Source: Heterodontus francisci (taxonomy: Eukaryota). From it: 54,570 nucleotides of DNA. The notes beneath the pieces were generated by a model that was not told the origin of the DNA, ran no database searches, and saw nothing but the letters and a program-made list of their open reading frames with translations. A program made the position numbers and the translations under genes. Below are positions 36,817 through 49,260 of this stretch, in pieces; within the stretch, counting starts at the first letter, position 1; each line of letters starts with the position of its first letter. Where the stretch lies: NCBI RefSeq assembly GCF_036365525.1, contig NW_027140825.1, forward strand, positions 1,612,001 through 1,666,570. The letters run 5' to 3'.

Positions 36817-37366
36817 GTGAGTTAGACCTTCATTCAATGAAGACAGGGATGCTGGGTTCATCTTGTCTGTGCAGGCTGGTGGTCATCTGATGTACTGGCT
36901 CTCTGCTCCTTTTCTCCAGCAGGAGAGAGGAGCATGAATGTGGAGCAGTGTCTATGAGGAGGCTTCCCCTTGCCTTCCCCAGACATGGTGAGAAATGAAC
37001 CCGTTCTGTAAGCATTGTTCTAACTGGCACGTTAGCCACCTGAGCTATCTGGTCCCCAACTTGTGTGTAGAAGTTAATTAATAATTGTGAACAACTCCAT
37101 GTAAAATCTTCCAGTATTATAAGCACTGTATCTGTGGACATCTAACATATTCACAGATGGATGGATAGACGTTACTGTGAATGTTGCTGGCTTTAATGGT
37201 CAGGCCCCCTCTCCCCCACCTCCCCACCCGGTTATTTTATGCGTGTACTTTGTTGTATGGTCAGCTCATGTTAGTCAAAGGGCAATATCAAATATTAATG
37301 AGATGGACACTGAAAACTGGCAGGGCGCTATTGAGGAATGTTTTCGTGTTGTCACATGATGATGTG

Positions 37367-37424
37367 GGAGCAGGAAATACCCAGCTATCATATTTTGGAG
37401 ACGGCACTAAGTTAACAGTCCTGG
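37367..37424 (+). CDS. TRBJ: J2.6 GAGNTQLSYFGDGTKLTVL
   Basis: TGTTTTCGT-12-TGATGTG; GTGAG donor. Confidence 0.9.
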
Positions 37425-37857
37425 GTGAGTGAGATATTTGTTGAAACATATCAGTGGTCTCAGTAAGTATTAAAACTGTCGGCCGGTTTGCTCCCGTCAG
37501 TTTGAAGAAAGGGGAGAGAACGTAAACTTTAGAAAAAAACAAAGAGTAACGAAGCAACAGTTAAAACAAATAAACATAGGGGAATGGCCAGGTGGAAATG
37601 GAGGAAGGTTAGGGAGGCAAACCATATCTACAGAGAGACAGATTGGGAGCAAAATGCAGGCAAAAGGGGACGGAGAATTAGAGAGAAAAAGTTGGGAGAG
37701 GTAGAGACAAAGACAAAAGAAATGACAAAAAGAGGTAAAGAGGGAAAGGGCGGGGTAATAAATGCCACCCAATACAAAATGATGCAACTATGCTTAATTA
37801 ACCGGCGTGTAGAGAGTTAAAGATTCCCTCGCTTTGTTACAACTGTGTAACATTGTG

Positions 37858-37909
37858 TCAGGGAACAACGACTACACATTTGGCGATGGCACAAACCTCG
37901 TGGTTTTAG
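37858..37909 (+). CDS. TRBJ: J2.7 SGNNDYTFGDGTNLVVL
   Basis: CGCTTTGTT-12-CATTGTG; GTAAC donor. Confidence 0.9.
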
Positions 37910-38249
37910 GTAACTGATTAACGTGGCGTCAGTGAGAATCATTCCGCACGGTCTGATATGGTATAGTCTGATTGAAATTTACAAGATTAATATATGAAGA
38001 TAACGCTAATCATATTCCCTATTCAGCTGCCATCCGTTTCTTAACAATGACCGATTGTATGTGTGGAAATCAACAAGTGACAGCTGTCTGGGAAAGCAGA
38101 TTCTGAATGGCCTACCCCTGTCCCTAACGTGACTCTATCGGTTTATGCGAGGAGTGAGATAGAGAGAGAGCTAGGTTAAAAAAAGAGACTAGATGTTTGG
38201 AATGACCAGTTGATGATTCTGGAACGCACCATCATTGATTAAAGATTCA

Positions 38250-38825
38250 CGAGGAGTTGAGTAAGGAAGTGAGGATTAACATTTACAAATCACTGGTTAG
38301 GTCCCAGCTGGAGTATTGTGTTCAGTTCTCGGTACCACACTTTATGACGGTTGTCGAGGCCTTAGATAGGGAGCAGAAATGATTCACCAGAATTGTACCA
38401 GAGATGAGGGACCTCAGATAGTTGTAGAGACTGGAGAACCTGGGATTGTTCTCCTTTGAACAGAAAAGGTTAAATGGAGATTGAATAGAGGTGTTCAAAT
38501 TAGTGAAGGTTTTGGATAGAATTAATAATCAGAAACAGTCTCCATTGGCAGATGGGTCGGTAACCAGAGGACACAGGTTTTGAGGCAATTGACAAAAAGA
38601 CCAGAGGAGGAATGAAGAGACATTCCCCCACAGAGGTAGTTACTGTGATCGGGAAGGCATATCTGAACTGGTGGTGGAAGTTGTTTCAGTCGTGACTTTC
38701 AAAGTGGAAATTGATAGATACTCGAAGGGAGATATACAGGACTATGATAAAACCTTTTCATAGAGTCAGCAGAGGTCCTATGGGCCGAATGGTCTCCCCT
38801 TCAGTGATGTATATTTCTGATTCTA
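38250..38825 (+). mobile_element. CR1-type LINE fragment
   Basis: ctggttaggtcccagctggagtattgtgttcagttc (LVRSQLEYCVQF). Confidence 0.8.
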
Positions 38826-38979
38826 TGACCTTGCTCATTGAGCCACAAATGTAAATTAGGAGATATATAAATTAAGGAGATGTGATCTACAAACGCTTTC
38901 GAGGACAGGGCCCAAGTGTGACAAAGGCAAGACCTGCACCTCGCCTTATGAGGTTTTGTTACAAGGGCCTCTCACTGTG

Positions 38980-39029
38980 TTCTGGCTCTCAATATTACTT
39001 TGGAAGCGGTACCAAGTTAGTTGTGACAG
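38980..39029 (+). CDS. TRBJ: J2.8 SGSQYYFGSGTKLVVT
   Basis: GGTTTTGTT-12-CACTGTG; GTGAG donor. Confidence 0.95.
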
Positions 39030-39343
39030 GTGAGTCCAGGTATGTTAGACCAACTCTGAGAATGCATGTTGTCTGAAATGGTCGGAAAGATGTTTAAGGC
39101 TCCGGGTTCATTGGTGAAAGACATTTTTCCAATGCATTTAAGATATGGTTGCGCCCAAACAGGGGCAGAGAGAGAGAGAGAGGGAGAAAGACTGATTCTT
39201 GAACTGTATACATGTTTAAAGAAGGGACAATTTCTCCCATTTAGCTTACTTTGGACAAACAAACAAGAGCTGTATTATTCACTCAAATATTCGGCAACAT
39301 TTCAGAGACCAGTATAGTTTAGTAACTGGGCTGAAACACAGTG

Positions 39344-39396
39344 TTCTGGAAGCTACGAGTATTTCTTTGGCGACGGGACTAAACTGACTGTGTTGG
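39344..39396 (+). CDS. TRBJ: J2.9 SGSYEYFFGDGTKLTVL
   Basis: AGTTTAGTA-12-CACAGTG; GTGAG donor. Confidence 0.92.
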
Positions 39397-40452
39397 GTGA
39401 GTTGGACGTTCTTTGAAAAAAAATGATTGTAGCTCACGCTGTTTCTGAGTTTCAGTTTGCAACTGAAATGTTGCATTGACAAATAACTCAAAAATTTCAG
39501 GCAGCATTTCCAATGTGCATAAAAGCCAGAATACATGGAAAATACTAAGATGCACAGGGAAAGACATTTTTTTAATTCGTTCGTGGCATCTGGTCCAGAA
39601 TTTATTGCCCATCTCTGATTGTCTTCTGAGTGGTCTGCTAGCTCATTTTTTTTCATCAGATGTGGGCGTCGCTGGCAAGGCCAAGATTTGTTGCCCATCC
39701 CTAATTGCCCTTGGACTGGGTGGTTTGCTATTTCAGAAGGCAGTTGCGAGTCAACTGAAGTCTGAAGTCACTTAAATGACAACAGACGGGGTTTTCTGAC
39801 AATTGACGATAGTTTCATGCAGTTAAACCAGACTTTCATTTATCAGTTGAAGTTAAATTCCTCTGGCTACCCTCGGGATTTTAACCAGAATATTACTAGC
39901 ACAGTAACATTATCACTTTGCAACCATCGCCCCTGCACTCAATGGGGTGTAGGTTTTTCCGCAGTCCTGTCAGGAAGGGAGTTGCAGATTTGTTAACCGT
40001 TTTCTCAGAGGGCAGATTATTTGTTTCCAAAAAATGCTGTCATAATTCTTCCCCCAGAATGAGTGAAATAAAACATCATAATTACATTTAATTATATAGA
40101 ATTTACAGTGTGTAAGCAAGCCAGTGGTGAAACTGCACACGAGCCTCCTCTCACCCTTACTTCATCTAATCTTCTATTCCTTTCTCTCCCATGTCTTTTT
40201 CCAATTTACTCCTTGAAAGCATCTCCAAAATCCATCTCAACCCATTCCTTGTGGTAGTGCATTCCACATTATTACCAAAATCTGAGTAACGAACTTCCCT
40301 TTCTATTCCTCACAATGAATTTCTAATTAACATTATAATGCCCTTGACATAAAGAGTCAAATCTCCAGTGCATTCTGTGTGAGGTTTTGCATCAGTGCAC
40401 CAGCTTCATTGCTCTTCGACCTGTAGTTATACTATTGTCATGTAACATTGTG

Positions 40453-40505
40453 TACAGGAAATACTCTGTATTACTTCGGTGACGGGACAAAATTGATTGT
40501 TTTAG
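40453..40505 (+). CDS. TRBJ: J2.10 TGNTLYYFGDGTKLIVL
   Basis: AGTTATACT-12-CATTGTG; GTGAG donor. Confidence 0.92.
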
Positions 40506-41005
40506 GTGAGCACAGAACTGAAGCTTTTGTTGTTTTCGTTAATGAGGATCCTTGAGATTCTCAGACGAAATTAGATGCTCTAAAATACATCATGTTCTCG
40601 GTCACAGAATCACCTCGCCGATTTATATTGGCAGCTGGACCTGCAATATCTTGGTTTAAATATCTTTCACATTTGTTTTCAACTCAACCCAAGGCCTCCC
40701 TGTCCCTGTAATGTCCTCCGGCCCCTACAAACCTCCCTATCCCTGTAACCGCCTCCAGCCTCTATAACTCTCCTTATCCCTGTAACATCCTCCAATCCAG
40801 ACAAATCTCGCTGTCTCTGCAACCTCCACCAGGCCCTATAACTTACCTTTTGTTCTCCTGTGCAATATCTAGGGTGCATTGCCGCTGTCTTTACATCACA
40901 CATTAATAGTATGTAAATCTACAAATTGAATACATCATTTTGAAGACGTTGCATTTTAGCATTTCTAACTAGATGGGAGTTTTAACACTGACAGGCATCA
41001 CTGTG

Positions 41006-41058
41006 CTCAAATAACTACGATTATACTTTTGGCGATGGGACCAAGTTAGTAGTTTTCG
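41006..41058 (+). CDS. TRBJ: J2.11 SNNYDYTFGDGTKLVVF
   Basis: AGTTTTAAC-12-CACTGTG; GTAGG donor. Confidence 0.92.
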
Positions 41059-41728
41059 GTAGGTGAACGGTTTCAGCATTGTATTCATTTTACAGTTTAA
41101 TTGCTATTATGTTGCCTCCAATGGGGAGTGGAGAGGGTTTAGTTAATGATTTGACCCAATCTCCAGCCTGCCTTTAAAAGAGATTAATTTGCTTCTCTTT
41201 TAGAGTAACACTATTGTTAAATTGTTCCATTCACTATCCACTGGGATAGTCAAACTTGATAAAGCCATTTGTTGGTCTATTGTTATATTCTGTGATTGCC
41301 CACAACTCTCCATTATTCTAGTTATCAATGGGAATATCAAGAATCTCATTGTAGCTTTTTATGTGAAACTAAAGCCGTACTGGGATGTCTAACATCAGAT
41401 ATTTTGATGGAAAACCCTCTGATTTCACCTCTCGCAGAGGAATCCGTAGTAAAAGTACATGATAATAATTGATTGTAAAAGATCTCTGGAACTCCCTCTT
41501 CAACAAAAAGCTGTGAATCCTGGAGGGCGATTAGACCTGACAAAATTGAGATGGAAATAACTTTGTTTGGGGAGGTTATCGAGGGATATCGAGATCAGAA
41601 TGGTAAATGAAGTGAGGTACAGATCAGCCTTTGAATAGAGGAGCAGGATAGAGGGGCTGAATGGCCGCCTCCTGGTGCAATAGGTTGTCTGGAGGGTAAT
41701 AGTTTTGTAATGGGAGTGTAACACTGTG

Positions 41729-41784
41729 TTATGGAAAGACCGAACCATTATATTTTGGCAAAGGGACCAAGCTCACAGTTTTGG
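41729..41784 (+). CDS. TRBJ: J2.12 YGKTEPLYFGKGTKLTVL
   Basis: AGTTTTGTA-12-CACTGTG; GTATG donor. Confidence 0.93.
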
Positions 41785-41819
41785 GTATGTAAATGTTAAA
41801 GACTTTGTTTGTCTAACTA

Positions 41820-42340
41820 GTCCTTGAAGCGGCCAACACTCCCAGCTTATACACACTACTGAGTCAGCGGCGCTTGAGATGGCTTGGCCATGTGAGCCGC
41901 ATGGAAGATTGCAGGATCCCCAAAGACACATTGTACAGCGAGCTCGCCACTGGTATCAGACCCACTGGCTGTCCATGTCTCCGCTATAATGACGTCTGCA
42001 AACGCGACATGAAATCGTGTGACATTGATCACAAGTCGTGGGAGTCAGTTGCCAGCGTTCGCCAGAGCTGGCGGGCAGCCATAAAGACACGGCTAAATTG
42101 TGGCGAGTCGAAGAGACTTAGTAGTTGGCAGGAAAAAAGACAGAGGCGCAAGGGGAGAGCCAACTGTGCAACAGCCCCGACAAACAAATTTCTCTGCAGC
42201 ACCTGTGGAAGAGCCTGTCACTCCAGAATTGGCTTTTATAGCCACTCCAGGCGCTGCTTCACAAACCACTGACCACCTCCAGGCGCGTATCCATTGTCTC
42301 TCGAGATAAGTAGGCCCAAAAGAAAGAAAAGAAAGAAGAA
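41820..42340 (+). mobile_element. RTE-like LINE, 5'-truncated, open C-terminal ORF
   Basis: RWLGHVSRMEDCRIPKDTLYSEL..CSTCGRACHSRIGFYSH; (AAGA)n tail. Confidence 0.85.
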
Positions 42341-43519
42341 GGGATAGTCTATCATCATATTCTGCAGTTTCCCATTACTGTCCAATTTTCGAATTATCAA
42401 CCAGCACATCGACAATCTTATTATCCTTTCAAAAATATAGAAAATGCTGTGTGACATTAAACCGACAGAGAAGTGCATTGGGTTGTCTAACGTAGAATGT
42501 TATGGTGGAAATGCCTTCTTGTGATTGGCTGAATTGTTTTGGAATTGGGAGACATTCCTCAGGCTCTTTTCTCAGGAGGGTTATTGGGTGGAGTAGAATC
42601 CAGGATAGACATGGCTGTAAAGACATGACCCTAATACTTTTGTCAATCCATACTTTATGGGCTTGCAGCCAAAATTAAGTCAACAATTCTGAGCTGTTGC
42701 CGCATAAAATTGTTAACCTCACACTAATTAATAAAAATGACCACTTCGATTTTGTTTTAGAAGATTGTGCTTTGCCTTCATCCGTATAAAATTCAATCCC
42801 ATTCTTAAACAGAGTTTGTTCAGCTTGTTATGATTAACGTCCTGAAGCAGTGATCTTCTGGAATGAATGCTCACTGTTGATAATGGGACAGACTTCTAAA
42901 AAAAACAGTTGATGGAAATAATTAGACAAATATGCATGTTGGACACAAGAATACCACTCTGCCCATCTTACTAGAGTCGGCTGTTGGGAAATGTTCTCCA
43001 ATTCGCCTCCCTCACCCCTTTTCTTTCTATACAGCCCTGCAATTTTCGCCTTTTTGAACTATGATCCAATTCTTTTTTGAAGTTCAATATGCAATCAGTA
43101 TCTATCACACTTTCAGGTAATGCATTCCATATCACAACAAGTCGTTGTGTAAAGAAATGGCCCCCTCAATAAACATCTGGATCTTTTGCCAATTGCCTTA
43201 AATCTATGTTCTCTGGTTGTGAAATCTCCGGCCAGTGGAATCAGTCTCCCCCTACTGACTCTAACAAAGCCCTTCATGGCTTTGAAATCAACTATTAAAT
43301 CTCTCCTTCACCTTCTCTGGGAGAACAATCCCACCTTCTCCAGTCTGTCCACATAACTGAGTCCCTCATTTCTAGGACCATTCCAGTAAATCTCTCTCTG
43401 CACGCTCTCCAAGACCTTGACATCCTTCCAAAAGTGTGGTGCCCTGAATTGGGCACGAGACTCCAGCTCAGGCCTAACTGAGGGCCCTGGTAGTTTTACA
43501 ACTGGCCTGTGACATTGTG

Positions 43520-43568
43520 TTCAGCTGGGACCTCGATCTCTTACTTTGGCTCTGGGATTACGTTCTAG
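43520..43568 (+). pseudogene. TRBJ: J2.13 pseudo-J SAGTSISYFGSGITF*
   Basis: Good RSS (AGTTTTACA-12-CATTGTG), but about 7 nt are missing after FGSG, giving an in-frame TAG. Confidence 0.85.
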
Positions 43569-44125
43569 GTAGGTAAACAAGAATAGATCTCAATATTCAA
43601 ATTTTATTCGCTCTAAGTGTTCATTCATTGCTTCGTAATTCTGCCAAAACTCACAAACCTGGCCACATACTGGAAAACTTGAGTAAATTTGTATCCCAAG
43701 ATGCACAATTTTGCAAAGACAACGTTACCAGACTTCTCTGTGTCTACCCTCTGGAACCCCCCAACCCTTTCATAATCTTAGACGCCTCTTTCAGGTCACC
43801 TCTAAGCCTTCTCTTATCTATCATAATGGCTATTCAGTCTTTCCTGATAGGTAAATATGTATGAAGACGAGAACTGTGCACAGTGATCCAAGTGTGGTCT
43901 AACCGAGGGATATGGAGACCAGAACTGTGCACAGAGCTCCAAGAACGTCTAAGCAAATTTTACCATAATTTCTCTGCTTTAAAATGGAATGGTGGAGAAA
44001 AGGACAGACAAATCTACACATTGCTATTGGTTGAATTATAATTGTTCAAAGGTGTCAGAGCATTCGATGAAGTATCGTGTAATCATTGGTCCCCAGCAGT
44101 TTTAATACTGCTTTGTAACACTGTG

Positions 44126-44181
44126 TTCTGGAAACAGCACACCTCTCCGCTTTGGCGATGGGACAAGATTAACAGTTCTGG
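44126..44181 (+). CDS. TRBJ: J2.14 SGNSTPLRFGDGTRLTVL
   Basis: AGTTTTAAT-12-CACTGTG; GTATG donor. Confidence 0.93.
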
Positions 44182-44787
44182 GTATGTAAAACCGAGCGAT
44201 TAATCTTCACCAATGTAAAAGCAGAGAGGCAAGGCTCAACTAGTAGTGATTATCTTAAAGGCTGAACTCAGGAAGGGCCACTGTCGAGTTCATAACAGAT
44301 GCAAACCCGAGTCAACGATTTTGAAAGGACTCCAATCAAACACAAGAAGCCACAAAGGACCATTCATCCCTTGAGCCTCTTACACCATTCACTTAAATCA
44401 TGGCTGAGTTTTATCTTAGCTCCAGCTACCGTCTTTGGTCCCATAACCTTTAACACACTTACCCAACAAAAATGATTGAATGTAATAAACAAAGACTAGA
44501 TCTAGTCAAGGTTGTAGAAGATTAGATACTAAATGGCAAACTCACCTAGTCTTCCTTCAAGAAAATAACTAAATTGAGTGCATAAGGAATTGACTTACAT
44601 TTATGATGAAACACTATTTCAAATCAGAATTCAAAGTGAGAGGTACGTGGCAATGTCCAAACAGTTTAACAATTTCACTACTTGCTTTCTTGGCATACTA
44701 AATAAATATAGGGAACAAGCTACTGCATTGGCAGTCTACGGGAACTGTTAGGCAATCCTAGTTTTCTGATAGGAATGTAGCATTGTG

Positions 44788-44839
44788 GATGTAACTACTA
44801 ACTTTCATTTTGGCCCCGGTTCCAAATTAACAGTGTTGG
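44788..44839 (+). CDS. TRBJ: J2.15 DVTTNFHFGPGSKLTVL
   Basis: AGTTTTCTG-12-CATTGTG; GTAAG donor. Confidence 0.92.
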
Positions 44840-45856
44840 GTAAGTTTTAAAAAATGTAACGTTTTGAGTGCGTCAATTAAGTTAGTTGTATATTTACCCA
44901 TGGCATTGCACTCCAGTACATAACTGCACAGTGCTGTATGTCTGACCCTGCTACCCAGATTTCCCTCGTTGCCCCACTTATTACCAAATTATCGTAATAA
45001 TTATTATATTTATTTCGCAATATTTCAGCAAGATGTATTCTGAAAACAAGTAGGATAAAGCAGAGAAGATTAAGTGGTGGTGGGAGGATTGATACCAGGG
45101 AGAAAGGATTTCAGCTTTGTAGAGAGACTGGAAAAGCTGAATATTGTTCTCCTTGGAGCAGAGAAGGTTAAAGAAGATTTGCCAGTGTGGTACCAGGGAT
45201 GAATGACTTCAATTGTGTGGAGATACTGGAGAAACTGGGGTTGTTCTCCTCAGAGAAGAGAAGGTTAAGGTGGGAATTAATATCATATTCAAAATGTCCA
45301 AAATCATATGTTTTGTAATAGAGTAAATAAGAATAACTCATTTCTGCTGGGAGAAGGGTCGGTAAGCAAAGAGAACAGATTTGTGATTGGCAAAAGAAAC
45401 AAAGAGGGAGATGAGTATTTGCTTTTACACAGCCAATTGTTGTGATGTGGAATGCACTGCCTGAAAATAGCTCAAACAATGCATTTGATGCATACTTGAA
45501 GGCTAACAAATGTAGGGTTATGGTGAAACAGCAAGAAGCTCTGGGTGTTCGCAGAAGATTGAGCAACCTGAAGGCTTAATTCTAATTGGTATCCCCTGAT
45601 GCAGTACGACATCGTACTTGGCTGCATCTTTAATATTGACTAATATCCAATAATAACAGCAAACAAAGCACAGGGCTTCCTTTGCAGGGGATCAGCTAGC
45701 ATTCCAAAGCAGAGAAGTTACATGAAACTTATATAGAACTTTGGTTAGATTGTTGCAATTACAATGAATTTCGATGTAAAATCCCCAGCACCAACTCCAT
45801 CCATCTGGAGGGGAGAGACACTCTTGTTAGTTTTCGTGTAGGGTTGCAGCATGGTG

Positions 45857-45907
45857 CTTCAGGATATGAACAGTATTCTGGAGGGGGCACGAAGCTAAGC
45901 GTTTCGG
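45857..45907 (+). CDS. TRBJ: J2.16 SGYEQYSGGGTKLSVS (open; F to S in FGxG)
   Basis: AGTTTTCGT-12-CATGGTG; GTGAG donor; TCT replaces the Phe codon. Confidence 0.8.
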
Positions 45908-46848
45908 GTGAGTAGCTGACAGTACAAGAGGTCTCAGTTAATGATGGATGGACCAAGGTCTGCTGTTGTTATACGGATGCAGTTCTCTAATTGTGGGGAG
46001 GGATTTTAGCAGATGAACACGAGGATTCATTTCACGTGTAGGGGACATTTACGCGGGATTCGTGCATAGTTCTGTCAGTGAGGCGGTGGCTCCTTATTTC
46101 TGTAACTTCCTCTGGACCTAAAAGAAACCATGATGATTTCTCTGTGCTCCTCCAATTCTGGCCTCTTGTGCATCCTCCCCTCCCTCGAACCCACCATTGG
46201 CGGCTGTGCCTTCAGCTGCCTGAGCCCTAAACCCTGGAATTCCCTCCTTAAACACCTCTGCTTCTCTCCCTCTCTCCTTCTTTAAGAAGCATCTTAGAAC
46301 CTACTTCTTTGACAGGTCACCTGTCCCTAATATCTACTTCGATAACTCGGTATCAAGTTGCTGTCTGAGTTGCTCTGATGGCGTGATTTTTCACTGCATC
46401 AACGGTGCTAGTTAAATGCAATTTTTTTGTTGTTATTAATCACCAGGTAGGCCTCGCCTTGAGTATTGTGACCAATTCGTGGCTAACACACTTTAGGAAG
46501 GATGTCAAGGCCATAGAGAGGGTGCAGAAGATGTTTACTAGAATGGTACCAGACATGGGGAGGTTTCACTTGTGTTTAGAAATGGGAGAAGCTGGGATTG
46601 TTCTCCTTAGAGCAGAGAAGGCGAAGGGGAGATCAATGTTGTTTCAGTAAACTTATTCTTAAAATAAAGACACATTCGCAAGTAACCAGGAAAAGCAGAC
46701 AAAATATAAAGGGAAAATTAATTGAAGACAAACAACAGCGTGGCGAATCCCAGAGGGAGGAAGTCCCAATAAAAGTACAATTGTTAAGACCAAAATTAAA
46801 CTTGTGTTCAGCCCCTTTGGAAACAGGTAGATTTTGGACAGCAACGTG

Positions 46849-46900
46849 CGCAAGGCATTTTCTTGTATTGCAGCAAAGGTACCAAACTAACTAGTTCTAG
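46849..46900 (+). pseudogene. TRBJ: J2.17 pseudo-J (..LYCSKGTKLT/VL)
   Basis: CAACGTG heptamer; FG replaced by CS; 1-nt insertion; GTAAAG donor. Confidence 0.7.
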
Positions 46901-48289
46901 GTAAAGACGCACCATTGTCAAACTGCATCTGTCAATTGCAGCTCAACTGGTTGAGAAAGAGACCAGTTCTCAAAATGCTGCTTGGGTTTAAGTATTTCAG
47001 TGAAGTTACACAATGGTAACACTCTTACCTCCGAGTCAAAAGAAAAAGCGAATTCCACATTGTCACTATTCTCTGGGTGAAGAGACGTCTCCTGAAATCT
47101 CCAATGGTTCAATATTCAGAACAGAAATATAACAAGATTAGGCATCAGTCATTGTGTTAATGATTTTATCATTTTAATATTCATGGAATTCTCACAGAGT
47201 CTTGACTGTAAACCCAAACCTGTTCAGGTATTTCTTTCGCAATATTACGCTCATAGAGCTTGAGAGTTGAAGAACTGACTGTGGAGTGTAGTCACTGTTG
47301 TAATGTAGGGAAAGATTTCAGCCAAAATGCGCACAGCAAGATCCCACAAGCATCATTGCACTAAATGACCAGATAACCGGAAATGGTGGATGTGAAGTGT
47401 TGAATGAGGGATAAATATTGGCTCGGACACACTCCCCTTATTTTCTTTGAGCCAATACATTGTTTCTCAAACGGTACAATTTTAAATTGGGTGCAGGAAC
47501 AGAGAAACCAGGGGGATGTATGTTCATAAATCTATGAAGTTGGCAGGGCAGTTTCAAAAGGCTATCAAAAGGCACACTGAATCCTTTTGGCTCTGTAAAC
47601 AGAGGCACAGAGGGCAAAAGCAAAGCTGTTATCATGAACATTTATAAAACACTGTTTAGGCCTCAGTAGCAGCATTGTGTTCCATTTTGGTGCCACCCTT
47701 TGGAAAACAGGTTAAGTCCCCAGAGAGAATGCAGAGTAGATTGACTGGAATGGTTCCAGAGTTAAGGAAATTCAGAAATCGTGAAGGGATTGTAGAAGCT
47801 GGGATTGTTCTCCTTAGAGCAGAGAAGGTACAGGGAAAATTTTAATCGAGGTGCTGAAACTCAGGAAGGCTTTCGATAGAGTTAAAAGGGAGAAACCTTT
47901 TTTTCCAGTGGTAGGAGGTTCGGTAACCAGAAGGACACAGATTTAAGGTCGTTGGCAAAAAAAAAGGGGGGATGAGGAAATATTTTGTTTAAACAGCGAT
48001 TTGTTGTGATTTGGAATGTAATGCCTGACATGGTGCTGAAAGCAGATTCAATAGTAGCTTCACTTCAAAAGTAGCTTTCAAAAGGGAAATAGAGAGAGTT
48101 TGAAGGTACATAGTTTACTGGGTTATGTGAGAAGAACAGGGTGGGGAGTAGGATTAATTGGCTAGTTCTACCAAAGAGCTGGAATTCACACAACAGGCCG
48201 AATGGTCCCCTCCTTTCATGTGTGAGTTTACGGTAGCACTAATTATTAAATATTACATTTGGGGGAAGAGACAAGAGTAGGATTAGAAT

Positions 48290-48870
48290 CATAATACAGC
48301 ACAGAGGGGGGCCATTCAGCCCATCGAGTCCATGCCAGCTCTCTGTCTGGCAATCCAATAAGTCCCACTCCCTCGCTCTATCCCTGTGGCCCTGCAAGTT
48401 AATTTGCCTCAAGTGTCCATCCAATTTCCTTCTGAAATCATTCATTGTCTCCGCTTCCACCACCCTTGTAGGCAGCGAGTTCCAGGTCATTACCACACGT
48501 GGCATAAAAGTGTCCCTCCTCACATCCCCCTGCATCTTTTGCACAGCACCAGAAATCTGTCTCTTCTGGTCCTTGTACCAACAACTAATAGGTGACGCAT
48601 TTCTTTGTCTACCTTATCCAAATCTGTCATAATCTTGTACACTTCTATCAAATCTCCCCTCAATCTCCTTTGCTCCAAGCAGAACAATCCCAGCTTCTCC
48701 AACCTAACCTTGTAGCTAAAATCCTTCATCCCTGGAACCATTCTGTTAAATATCCTCTGCACCCTCTCAAGGACATTCACTACCTTCCTCAAATGTGGTG
48801 ATCAGAACTGGCTGCAAAACTCTAGTTGTGGCCTAACCAGAGCTTTATAAATGTTCCCCATAACTTCCCA
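48290..48870 (-). mobile_element. CR1-type LINE fragment
   Basis: LERVQRIFNRMVPGM..LEKLGLFCLEQRRLRGDLIEVYKIM. Confidence 0.9.
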
Positions 48871-49114
48871 GATAGGAAAGGGCTCTAGATAATGGGACAT
48901 GGTGAGTGATAGCCTGGTTATTGAGAACAGGCTGGCCCAGAGTTCAGGGTAACACTTTTCAGATAGACAGGAGAACCTCTTTCATAATGAGACAGACTTG
49001 TACTTCACTCAATGACGAAGAGGTTCAGATGATCAGTTTCTGCCACTTTGGGTTAAAATGTACAAAAGCAGGTCGAGGTTGCAAACTGATTCTACGTTTT
49101 ATGACTGATCGGTG

Positions 49115-49167
49115 CTTGAGAAACAGAGAGGTTTATTCTGGAGTTGGCACAAAATTAACTGCTCTGG
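49115..49167 (+). pseudogene. TRBJ: J2.18 relic LRNREVYSGVGTKLTAL, splice donor lost
   Basis: GxGTKLT motif; weak heptamer ATCGGTG; donor position reads CT, not GT. Confidence 0.7.
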
Positions 49168-49260
49168 CTAGAATTGAAAGGTTGATATTGTTTGGTGGTT
49201 TAAAATTCTCAAGACGGGTTTCATACTCATCCATATTGTCTTCATTTACTTTTCCTGCAG

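Noticed and set aside
39950-40030. Nonamer-like GGTTTTTCC followed by an FSEG-RLFV J-like string (paralog at about 32430-32510)
   Set aside because: No GTG heptamer, FGxG motif or splice donor.
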